DNA from: a virus
Length of the DNA stretch: 64,000 bases
Strand: one strand, 5' to 3'
Virus record (IMG/VR): IMGVR_UViG_3300032083_001576
Location: 3,013-67,012 of that record
Shown here: positions 20,063-28,386 of the stretch, piece after piece
Position numbering within the stretch: the stretch's first letter is position 1
Layout of the letters: every line of letters starts with the position of its first letter
The notes under the pieces: generated by a model
Told to the model about the DNA's origin: nothing
The model's input: the letters and a program-made list of their open reading frames with translations, nothing else
The model's database searches: none
Made by a program: the position numbers and the translations under genes

Positions 20063-21402
20063 ACTGTAGCCTCATTTGTTACTTTCTTTAATTTAGGTAA
20101 TTTTATTTTAGGTGGTTCTGAATTACTAACTTTTTGTAATTTAGGTAATTGTAACCCAACTTGTTGAGGGACTTTGTCCACAATCGGTGTAATGATTTTA
20201 CCAAGTTTTTCTGTCATTTTATCTAATGTAAACTTTTCTCTATTGATTTTCATTAAATTTAATGCTTTTTCTTTTACTTCATCATAGTTTTGAAAACAAT
20301 AATTCATAGCTCTGTAAGCTTGTGTTTCATTTACGTTAAACCATTGTGATTCAGGTATGACTATGTCTTTCCACACTTGAGACTTTGGAACTTGAACTAA
20401 TTCACCACCCAATAACATTGAATCTGTTTCTGATAAGAAATCCATTTGTCCACTCCAAGCACTCGCGATTACAGGTAACCCAACCATTGAAGCTTCTAAT
20501 AAAGGTCTTCCGAATCCTTCACCGTGTGTTAATGAAACAAAACATTTTACCTTTGGATGATTATATAATTTATTCATTTCCTCTGTTGATAAAGAACCAT
20601 GTAGTAAATAAACATTTGGTAGATTCCAATCTTTTGGAAACATTGATTTAATTTCATTTATTTTTCTTAAACACTCTTCTCTATCTAATATTGAAAATGT
20701 CGCTCCAGCAGTTTTTAATATTAACGCTGGTTGTTCTTTTTTATTTGCAAATGATTCATAAAACAATTTAACTAATTTTGATATATCTTTTCTATCTTCA
20801 CCAAATCCACCTTTACCCCACAATCCAACGTGTAAAAATGCAAAATCCTCTTTTATATCATCAACTAAATCTAAGGATGAATCATCAAGTGGTTTAAATA
20901 TATTTTCATCAACACCCTCAAATAACACTTCAATTGGTTTTTCTAATTTCAACTCACCAACTTTTTGTTGTTGTCCATTTGGTAATTGTTGCATTTTTTC
21001 ATAAAGAGCTTTTACAAATCCGTCTTTTGAGTGTTCTGATGGTGTGATGATTAAATCCATTTTGTTACAACCCTCTATCCAATTATTTGAGACAGTCGTT
21101 GTTTCAATACCAGCGGTTATTCCAATATTAACCTCACCATAAGTTTGAAATTCATTTGGTATTCTAATGTCTACATACACGTTTGGTTTTTTATCCATCT
21201 TTGGTTCTGGTAAAATACAATCAATAATGTTTTTATCTAATTCAATGTCTAAAGCATTTCTTGGACATTCTCCCCAAGGCACATCAAGTATTTTTACATC
21301 AAACTTACCTAAGTTTATAAAAGAACGAACTAAATCTCTAGCGTGGTCACCATACCCACTTCTTGATGAAACAGGTGCACATATTAACATAACTTTTTTC
21401 AT
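20059..21402 (-). CDS. glycosyltransferase family 4
   Basis: SRSGYG, RKD, GEGFGRPLLEA; start placed at ATG 21402 with GGAGG SD. Confidence 0.9.
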   Translation of the reverse strand: MKKVMLICAPVSSRSGYGDHARDLVRSFINLGKFDVKILDVPWGECPRNALDIELDKNIIDCILPEPKMDKKPNVYVDIRIPNEFQTYGEVNIGITAGIETTTVSNNWIEGCNKMDLIITPSEHSKDGFVKALYEKMQQLPNGQQQKVGELKLEKPIEVLFEGVDENIFKPLDDSSLDLVDDIKEDFAFLHVGLWGKGGFGEDRKDISKLVKLFYESFANKKEQPALILKTAGATFSILDREECLRKINEIKSMFPKDWNLPNVYLLHGSLSTEEMNKLYNHPKVKCFVSLTHGEGFGRPLLEASMVGLPVIASAWSGQMDFLSETDSMLLGGELVQVPKSQVWKDIVIPESQWFNVNETQAYRAMNYCFQNYDEVKEKALNLMKINREKFTLDKMTEKLGKIITPIVDKVPQQVGLQLPKLQKVSNSEPPKIKLPKLKKVTNEATV

Positions 21403-22829
21403 TACACAACCTCCAATGTATATTGTTCTCTTGGTTTCCATTTCTCTAAACAAGTATCTATATTTTTAATAAATGATTCTGACATATGTTTAGCAGTCAT
21501 TCTACCTTCATTGTTTACAAATTGTCTTCCCAACTCACCACATCTTTTTCTTTCTTCAGGACCCACTTTATACCATTCTAATAATGCTTCACCTGCATCT
21601 TCATAACTACATCTATCATCAAAGATGTATGGTGTTAATGGTGAACCTTGACAACTTATGTTTGATGGAAAAACAGGTTTAACCCATTCACCATGATTCA
21701 CATAAGTTCCTCTGTGGTTAGATTGTAATTCAACATACTCTTCAGCAGTTAAATATTCACCTTTGTTGTTTTTAAATCCACATTGGTCTTGTAATCCACC
21801 TGTGACATTTACTACGATACAACCACCCGTATGTAACATCTCACAACTACCTAATCCAAATCCCTCATTGGAAGCCATATTGATATAAACATCACAAGAG
21901 TTAAACACAAAGTTCATTTCCTCATCATTAAACGAACCGTTAGGATGATTATCGTGTGTGAATATAACTGGATAATCAGGTAGAAGAGTTTTACACACAG
22001 CTCTCATATCAGTCCCATTCTCATCACTTGGAGCTGCATGCCAAACTAAACAACAATCTTTTCTTTTCTCTGGTGATAATTTATCCATCATATGTTTGTA
22101 AGCGAGAGCAACATCACCTGGTGATTTTCTTCTAATGTTACGATTTAAATATAAAACTTTAAATTTATATTTGTCTAATCCCATTTTTTGTTCAAATTCT
22201 CTAAACTTGGTGTCACCTTTATCTTGAATTTTGTGTATTCTTTTATCAGTTATTCCGTGAGGAACATAATCTGTTTGCCAATCTTCATAACCATATTTAG
22301 AAAGTATTCTTTTGTTAATACCATATGTTTGTTTTGATATTGACATTAACAAGTCTGAACTTCTATAATAGTTTGTATTGTATAATGGGTCTGGAATATC
22401 GTCCCAAATATTATAATACATAATAGGTATGTGTTGTCTTACTTCATGTTCCATATTATATAACCAAATCCAAAATCTTGGGTCTGTAAAGTGCATTATG
22501 ACATCTGGCTTTTCCATATCAAGAATTTGTCTTAACAATTGTGGATTACCGTAACCAGATATTGGATATATTTTTAGATATGCATCATCAATACCATATT
22601 CATTTTTTACAGCGTGACTCATATCTATGATTTTACCCTCTTCTGGATGTTTTACAGCACCACCTAATTGAACCCAATCGTATTTATGTAATGTTCCCAT
22701 CACAAATTCTTTTGACTGAGTGGCTATTCCACTGTGCATTCTCAAATCATCTGATAAAAGTAGAATCTTTTTCTTCTTTACTTTGTTTGGATTTGCTTTT
22801 TTTAATTTTGGAAGTTGAATTTGACTCAT
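21402..22829 (-). CDS. glycosyltransferase family 4
   Basis: SGIA, NRNIRRK, NEGFGLGSCE, TGGLQDQ. Confidence 0.9.
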   Translation of the reverse strand: MSQIQLPKLKKANPNKVKKKKILLLSDDLRMHSGIATQSKEFVMGTLHKYDWVQLGGAVKHPEEGKIIDMSHAVKNEYGIDDAYLKIYPISGYGNPQLLRQILDMEKPDVIMHFTDPRFWIWLYNMEHEVRQHIPIMYYNIWDDIPDPLYNTNYYRSSDLLMSISKQTYGINKRILSKYGYEDWQTDYVPHGITDKRIHKIQDKGDTKFREFEQKMGLDKYKFKVLYLNRNIRRKSPGDVALAYKHMMDKLSPEKRKDCCLVWHAAPSDENGTDMRAVCKTLLPDYPVIFTHDNHPNGSFNDEEMNFVFNSCDVYINMASNEGFGLGSCEMLHTGGCIVVNVTGGLQDQCGFKNNKGEYLTAEEYVELQSNHRGTYVNHGEWVKPVFPSNISCQGSPLTPYIFDDRCSYEDAGEALLEWYKVGPEERKRCGELGRQFVNNEGRMTAKHMSESFIKNIDTCLEKWKPREQYTLEVV

Positions 22830-22847
22830 AACCTATTTTTCTCCTAT

Positions 22848-23042
22848 TTAAAAGTTGCTTCCACTTACGATTAGATTATCATAAGTTTCTATTTCTTCTC
22901 TGTATTTTTCATCTGTTAAAAATCTATCAACTGAACGATTTGTTAATTTTTGTAAAGTCATTTTTGTATTAACTGTATTCAGTTTGAATTGTTCATACAA
23001 TGATTCTATGATTTTAACCGATGTTAATTTTGTATTTTTCAT
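22848..23042 (-). CDS. small ribbon-helix-helix-like DNA-binding protein
   Basis: TSVKI strand, LYEQFK helix, LQKLTNRSV helix. Confidence 0.55.
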   Translation of the reverse strand: MKNTKLTSVKIIESLYEQFKLNTVNTKMTLQKLTNRSVDRFLTDEKYREEIETYDNLIVSGSNF

Positions 23043-23063
23043 ATTGTTTCTCCATCATATTTA

Positions 23064-23076
23064 CATATATAAATAT
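23064..23076 (-). promoter_or_regulatory. late-type promoter motif ATATTTATATATG
   Basis: Exact 13-mer shared with structural-gene upstream regions. Confidence 0.7.
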
Positions 23077-23093
23077 ATACAAATATAAAAAAA

Positions 23094-23495
23094 CTATGAA
23101 ATAATTACTCTTTTTTTATCTAATTTTTTTGCATACTCTAATGTGTTTATAGTTCCTTTGGCCTCAACACCATTAGGTATGAATGCTACTATGAAGTCCG
23201 ATACACTAGCTATGATTTTATTTCTTACAAAAAAGTTTCTCATACTGAAATCTTTATTGTATCGAGATTCTGGTAATACGCAATATAAATTATGAACTTC
23301 GTGAAATGGTGGATACTCTTCGTATTGTAAACCTAATTCAAGTGTGTATTTCTTAGCGTATTTATCAGCTCCTTGTTTACAACCACCACTAACGATAATT
23401 GTATCATTACCATATTGTTGTTTTAATTTAAATACAAAATCTTTAATTTTCTTTTTGTTCTCATATCTTCTACTCCCTATCAATGCTACTCTCAT
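23094..23495 (-). CDS. SLOG (YspA/DprA-like) family protein
   Basis: IGSR, VSGGCKQGAD, RNKII, GT motifs. Confidence 0.8.
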   Translation of the reverse strand: MRVALIGSRRYENKKKIKDFVFKLKQQYGNDTIIVSGGCKQGADKYAKKYTLELGLQYEEYPPFHEVHNLYCVLPESRYNKDFSMRNFFVRNKIIASVSDFIVAFIPNGVEAKGTINTLEYAKKLDKKRVIIS

Positions 23496-24352
23496 TATAC
23501 TCCTACACTACAATATTCTGTATTTTTAAATTCACACCATTTACAAGCTTTCTTACTTGGTGTTGGTATAATGTTTTCTGATATTCGTTCACCCTTATCA
23601 TCAAACGCTAAATCCAAGAATGTATTTAATCTCTTAGCCACTTTGTTCATACTTACAGTACCACTCGCTGGTGAGAACTTCTGAACTCTCTTTTGTGGAA
23701 ACATTGCTTCTTCCCATAGTTTTCTTTTCACGATGAAGTATTCTACTTCTATGTTTTCAATCGGGTGATTGTATTGTTTAGCGTAGAATTGTTTATATAA
23801 TAATAATTGTTGAGTTTTGTTCTCATCTTTTTTCATCCATTTGTTCCAACCACGAGTAGATGTTTTAATATCATAGATTGTTATCGTATCAGTTCTTTCA
23901 TCCAATATAACTAAATCCAAGTAACCAACTATTTTAACATTCTTTTTTAAATCCACTTCAATTGGAACTTCACAACCAATTAACTTATATCCTCTTTTAC
24001 TGAAATAATCAGCTCTTCTCTTTTTAATAAAGTCCAATATATCCACACCATCTTGAAAGAACTCTCTCATCTCTTCTAATGTGCAAGGGTTCTTACCATA
24101 GGTTTCTTTATCTTGTTTAAACAACTCCATCATTTTGTCGTGTAGTCTTTGTTCAAGATTTAGTTTGTTTGCATTCTTCACACTATCGTGATACATAACT
24201 TCTAACCAAGTTTGTATAACTTCGTGCATTGCTGTTCCAAATAATAAATGAATACTTGGTTCTCGTTCTGTTATTTTATCAATGTAATTTAGTTTCCACC
24301 TTTGTGGGCATTCACTAAACATTGATAATTGTGAATATGATATTCTACCCAT
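23495..24352 (-). CDS. PD-(D/E)xK nuclease, Cas4/RecB-like with 4-Cys cluster
   Basis: SYSQ...CP, GTAMH, GYLD, DIKT, QLLLY, CKWC...C. Confidence 0.88.
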   Translation of the reverse strand: MGRISYSQLSMFSECPQRWKLNYIDKITEREPSIHLLFGTAMHEVIQTWLEVMYHDSVKNANKLNLEQRLHDKMMELFKQDKETYGKNPCTLEEMREFFQDGVDILDFIKKRRADYFSKRGYKLIGCEVPIEVDLKKNVKIVGYLDLVILDERTDTITIYDIKTSTRGWNKWMKKDENKTQQLLLYKQFYAKQYNHPIENIEVEYFIVKRKLWEEAMFPQKRVQKFSPASGTVSMNKVAKRLNTFLDLAFDDKGERISENIIPTPSKKACKWCEFKNTEYCSVGV

Positions 24353-25103
24353 AAAATCTCTCCTTTGATTCTACCTCTATTTTTTGTATTTCTGGATAGA
24401 ATTGATAAGCATCTTTTGGATAAGGTTTAGGTTTATGTATTAATGTATTCATAATCTTTTTCTTATCTTTCTTTCCACATAACAAATACAAGTATCTATG
24501 TTTTTCAGGTTCTTCTTTCCTCCAAAACGTATGTCCAATCTTTTTCTTTAATTTTTCTAAATTATGAGAACCAAACTTCGTTGTAACATTTCGTGAATGC
24601 ATCCACTTACCATCCTCTGTAAGTCGTATAGCATAATTAGGCATTAGTCGAATACTATTACCTTGATATATCCAATTCGTAGCTTGATAAATAATACCCA
24701 AGTGTCCTTGTTCCGGGTCTGAATAACTTACCAATACTTTTATCTCACTAGCGTTTTCCTTCAACCAATTGAATGTTTTGGATAAAACCACACTCTCTGT
24801 ATTCTTACCATAATCATCAAAGATAAATAACCTTGTTAACTCCAATACTTCTTCTTCTTTTAATTCAGGTGATATGGATTTAGGAGCACTTCTTCCAACA
24901 GGATAACCATAGATAGCCACACCCGCTAATTTTTCATCTTTCTCATCAAAGAATGAATGTTCGTTATCTGTTTCATAAAACACACCTAAAGCGTATCTAC
25001 AAGATGTCCACTTATGACTGTAATGATTCTTTACAATCATATCTTTGGCTATCTTCTTTGAGATTTCTCTTATGGTTATTTTATTTGGATTAATTGATGT
25101 CAA
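24345..25103 (-). CDS. mom: Mom-family (GNAT) DNA adenine-modification enzyme
   Basis: HYSH, ELTRL, NTES, SYSDPEQGHLGIIYQATNW, KHRY. Confidence 0.82.
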   Translation of the reverse strand: MTSINPNKITIREISKKIAKDMIVKNHYSHKWTSCRYALGVFYETDNEHSFFDEKDEKLAGVAIYGYPVGRSAPKSISPELKEEEVLELTRLFIFDDYGKNTESVVLSKTFNWLKENASEIKVLVSYSDPEQGHLGIIYQATNWIYQGNSIRLMPNYAIRLTEDGKWMHSRNVTTKFGSHNLEKLKKKIGHTFWRKEEPEKHRYLYLLCGKKDKKKIMNTLIHKPKPYPKDAYQFYPEIQKIEVESKERFYG

Positions 25104-25293
25104 AGTTTCTCTTTAATGTTTCTAAGTTTTCTTCAGCTTGTGATAAACTCTCTGTCCATTTCTTTACCTCAGTTAATAAATCTGAGTGTTCCCCAATCAT
25201 TGTAGCATCATTGAATAATAAATCCAAGTGAGCCAATGCTTCTGTTCTTTGTGCTTGATAACTATCTATTGCAGCTTGTATTAATTGATTCAT
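25090..25293 (-). CDS. hypothetical protein
   Basis: Helical ORF; start more likely at ATG 25293. Confidence 0.7.
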   Translation of the reverse strand: MNQLIQAAIDSYQAQRTEALAHLDLLFNDATMIGEHSDLLTEVKKWTESLSQAEENLETLKRNFDIN

Positions 25294-25294
25294 T

Positions 25295-25690
25295 TTATTT
25301 TCCCCATTTTCCATTCTTTACTATTGTAGCCATAATACCATAATTAGATACGTCCAAGTATGCATCTTCCAATGGTTCATCTACAGCCGTATCTTTATTC
25401 CCCATTAACAAAGTTTTTAACCTTTGTATTTTATCATTCATTCTAAACCACAATCCAGTTAATGATAACTTAATCTCATCATCTGTTGATAATTGTGTTC
25501 CAACTGAGATATTACCAGGACCATAATCGTGTTGTTTTCTACAAAACAATTCGTATTGTTCCCTTTGTAATCTTCTAAACTCACCAGTCATTTCAGGCCA
25601 TTCCTTTTCCATCTGTTCTACAATTGGGTGTTTAGTAACTGTTAAATCTGTTTCAGACATTGTTAAGTCGTTTTCTTTTATATTGCTCAC
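25295..25690 (-). CDS. DUF1599 / nucleotide-modification-associated (MazG-like fold) protein
   Basis: KQHDYG, RMNDKIQRL, EPLEDAYLDVSNYGIM. Confidence 0.75.
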   Translation of the reverse strand: MSNIKENDLTMSETDLTVTKHPIVEQMEKEWPEMTGEFRRLQREQYELFCRKQHDYGPGNISVGTQLSTDDEIKLSLTGLWFRMNDKIQRLKTLLMGNKDTAVDEPLEDAYLDVSNYGIMATIVKNGKWGK

Positions 25691-26106
25691 TTTAATAACC
25701 TCTTAATTGTTTTTTCATTCATTCCATATTTTTCTAATATTTCCATTAACTCATTTTTTGCAATTAAATCTAAATAATCTTTTACTTGTGATTTACTGCA
25801 TTCAAAATGTGTAACCATAATATCAATCAATTCCGTATTGTATTTCTTATCTTTCTTACCTTTAATATACTTATTGAATCTCTTACCTCTTGGTAACATA
25901 TCACAATACCACTTGTAAACTTCTTGTGGTTCTAATGTTCCAATAGAATACTTTTGAAAGTAATTCACAATTTCAAGAAAATCTTTATCCATTGACAACC
26001 AACGATTGATTATAAATGGGCTGAATTTCTTTTGTTCATCTTCTGTAAATTCATTCCAATGAGTTTTCTTTACAAGTATTTGATTTATCCAATCGAATAT
26101 TGTCAT
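25687..26106 (-). CDS. clamp loader small subunit (gp62-like)
   Basis: FDWIN, FIINRWLS, KYIK; near gp44/gp45. Confidence 0.65.
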   Translation of the reverse strand: MTIFDWINQILVKKTHWNEFTEDEQKKFSPFIINRWLSMDKDFLEIVNYFQKYSIGTLEPQEVYKWYCDMLPRGKRFNKYIKGKKDKKYNTELIDIMVTHFECSKSQVKDYLDLIAKNELMEILEKYGMNEKTIKRLLK

Positions 26107-26303
26107 TTACCAAATCCCCACGAACCATCTGCAGAACCAGGTCTAGCATTTGGTTTATATATTCTTTCCATTTTTTCATCATTACCATTTACATTTGGGT
26201 CATAACAACACTTAGGACACAATTGAAAATCTAAATCATTCATAGATTTCAAAAAGTCTTTTTCCAATCCACAAGTATTACATTTGTAAGTATAGAAAGG
26301 CAT
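26103..26303 (-). CDS. FmdB-like zinc-ribbon protein
   Basis: MPFYTYKCNTCG...CPKC. Confidence 0.75.
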   Translation of the reverse strand: MPFYTYKCNTCGLEKDFLKSMNDLDFQLCPKCCYDPNVNGNDEKMERIYKPNARPGSADGSWGFGK

Positions 26304-26539
26304 TATTGAATACCATTTATATCTGTGAACTCTTTATTCACATGTCCACATTTTTCACATGCGAATACAGCCATTGGAATTATGGTTTCTTGTCCATTTG
26401 GTGCAACTAATGCTGACATCTTTCTCATCAGTAATGTTTGTTTAAATGTTTTACCACCACAATTTTCACAACTAATTTCTGTGGTTTTACTAAAGTCAAT
26501 TTGTTCTTCCATTTGACCATTTTTACCAGGTATCATCAT
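26303..26539 (-). CDS. small zinc-ribbon protein
   Basis: CENCG...CEKCGH. Confidence 0.7.
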   Translation of the reverse strand: MMIPGKNGQMEEQIDFSKTTEISCENCGGKTFKQTLLMRKMSALVAPNGQETIIPMAVFACEKCGHVNKEFTDINGIQ

Positions 26540-26540
26540 C

Positions 26541-26696
26541 TTATATCTCCCGTTTAATTTCTGTTATTGTAACATCTTTAGCTTTCCAATTCGTCTTAGA
26601 TAAAATTGTTTCATCATCGTAAGGTGGATTGTGTAATGTTATAATTAAGTCAGGTTTATCTACCCAATCTATATGTTCTATTTTAAATGTTTTCAT
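26541..26696 (-). CDS. hypothetical protein, 51 aa (MKTFKIEHIDWVDKPDL...)
   Basis: Fills the gap exactly, ATGA overlap with clamp loader stop; below ORF-track cutoff. Confidence 0.7.
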   Translation of the reverse strand: MKTFKIEHIDWVDKPDLIITLHNPPYDDETILSKTNWKAKDVTITEIKREI

Positions 26697-27598
26697 TTTA
26701 ATATCCTTATTAATCTAATTATTAGTGACATAAAGTTAATCTCTTTATCCACTACATTTACATCTTGGAATTGTGCTTCTGCGATATTCATAATACACTC
26801 AGCTTGTTTTCCCTTACCATAATTATCAACTTCATCATATAATAATCTAAATAATTCTGAATAATCTGAAATAGAATTATCAGCTATTAATTGTCTAATG
26901 TCATTTAGTTTAACACCACTTGTCAACATTTCTAACAATTGTAGTTTGTAATTATTCTGAATTACAGAGGTGGTATCAATCTTTAACTTACCATCAACGA
27001 TTTGTCTTTGAGCTGAATTAATAACTCTACGAATATCAGGATAACCTGCGTTCACTATCAAAGCTATATCATCAAGTTCAAATTGACAATTCTCTTGTGT
27101 TAAGATATTAACCATTTGTTGTGCAACCTCTTTTTTAGATGGTGGAACAACTTTGTATGATTGACATCTTGATTGGATTGGGTCTATGATTCTTTCTACA
27201 TAATTACAAGTAAGAATAAACCTACAATGTTTTGAAAATGTTTCCATTAGGTTTCTCAATGCAGCTTGTGCATTTGGTGTAAGATAATCACACTCGTCAA
27301 GTATAATTACTTTCAAGGATTTGAAACCAACAGATGAAGCAAATGTTTTGATTTTGTTTCTAACATCGTCAACTTTGTTCTCATCAGAAGCATTGATATA
27401 CATATAATCACAATCAATGTTAGATGTGATAATCTTCGCTAATGTTGTCTTACCAGTGCCAGCTTTACCAAAAAGTAAAAGATGAGGCACATCTTCTGAT
27501 TCAAGATATGCCTTCACTTTTTCTTTAAGATGCTCGTTACCTACATAAGTTGATAAGTCCGTTGGACGATATTTTTCTACCCATAATGAATGAGACAT
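26693..27598 (-). CDS. gp44: clamp loader AAA+ ATPase (gp44/RFC-like)
   Basis: WVEKYRP, GKAGTGKT, NASD, LDECD, SRC. Confidence 0.95.
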   Translation of the reverse strand: MSHSLWVEKYRPTDLSTYVGNEHLKEKVKAYLESEDVPHLLLFGKAGTGKTTLAKIITSNIDCDYMYINASDENKVDDVRNKIKTFASSVGFKSLKVIILDECDYLTPNAQAALRNLMETFSKHCRFILTCNYVERIIDPIQSRCQSYKVVPPSKKEVAQQMVNILTQENCQFELDDIALIVNAGYPDIRRVINSAQRQIVDGKLKIDTTSVIQNNYKLQLLEMLTSGVKLNDIRQLIADNSISDYSELFRLLYDEVDNYGKGKQAECIMNIAEAQFQDVNVVDKEINFMSLIIRLIRILK

Positions 27599-28317
27599 TA
27601 ATCTACATCCTGCATAGATACTATGTAATAAGTAGAATCAAAATCATCAATTTTGAAATTCACCCTAGCTAATCCCTCAGTTGAAACTTCAAGAATAGCT
27701 GATGAACATTCACGATTTGAAACCAACACTTCTTTAAAAAGATTAGCGTTGAATGTTATTGGTTTGTCAATATCACAACTATCACATTCTGTTGGGATGT
27801 TTACACGATTTGTATTCGTAGATGAATAACCAATCACAACATCACAACCATTGTTATTTTTTACAATTGAAAAAGTATCAACATCACTTAAAGCACCCTT
27901 ACCTTTGATGAATGTTGAAATGAAGTTTGAATCTAATTTAATCTTAGTGCCAAACTCTGGTAGTCTTTTCATTTGTGGTGGGTCGGATATAACTGATAAA
28001 TCACTTAATACATAATCCACAGATGTAGTTCCGTGTTTTATTTTAAGTGAAACAGCTTTATCACCGAATCTTGTTAAGTCTAATGAAACATCATCACCTA
28101 ACACATTTATCAAACTTTTTAATTGGTCGGTTTGATATACACCAATTTCAGCATCTTCAAATTGAAATCTATCAACTTTAACATTACCTAATAAAGACTT
28201 ATCAGGTGTGACAAATGATGTTGATATTGAATCACCACTTGATTTCCATTTTACTGAATTTACATTTCCACCCAAATTATACTTTTGAATGAATTTATCT
28301 AACTTACTTTTTTGCAT
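27598..28317 (-). CDS. gp45: sliding clamp (gp45-like)
   Basis: 239 aa beta-rich protein between polymerase and clamp loader. Confidence 0.7.
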   Translation of the reverse strand: MQKSKLDKFIQKYNLGGNVNSVKWKSSGDSISTSFVTPDKSLLGNVKVDRFQFEDAEIGVYQTDQLKSLINVLGDDVSLDLTRFGDKAVSLKIKHGTTSVDYVLSDLSVISDPPQMKRLPEFGTKIKLDSNFISTFIKGKGALSDVDTFSIVKNNNGCDVVIGYSSTNTNRVNIPTECDSCDIDKPITFNANLFKEVLVSNRECSSAILEVSTEGLARVNFKIDDFDSTYYIVSMQDVD

Positions 28318-28348
28318 CTTATTGTTCTCCTATTAAGGTTTATTGTTT

Positions 28349-28378
28349 AATATAATATATTTTTACCATATGAGTCAA
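28349..28378 (-). promoter_or_regulatory. early promoter TTGACT-N18-TATATT
   Basis: Conserved repeated motif upstream of clamp gene. Confidence 0.8.
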
Positions 28379-28386
28379 GCTTTATT

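Noticed and set aside
1083-22829. Interpretation as a bacterial O-antigen/capsule locus or a prophage boundary
   Set aside because: No wzx/wzy/transport genes; contiguous and co-oriented with phage genes, contains phage-type ORFs and is flanked by phage promoter motifs; no integrase or att site seen.
23495-24352. Cas4 as part of a CRISPR-Cas system
   Set aside because: No other cas genes or array in the window; solo Cas4-like nucleases are common in phages.
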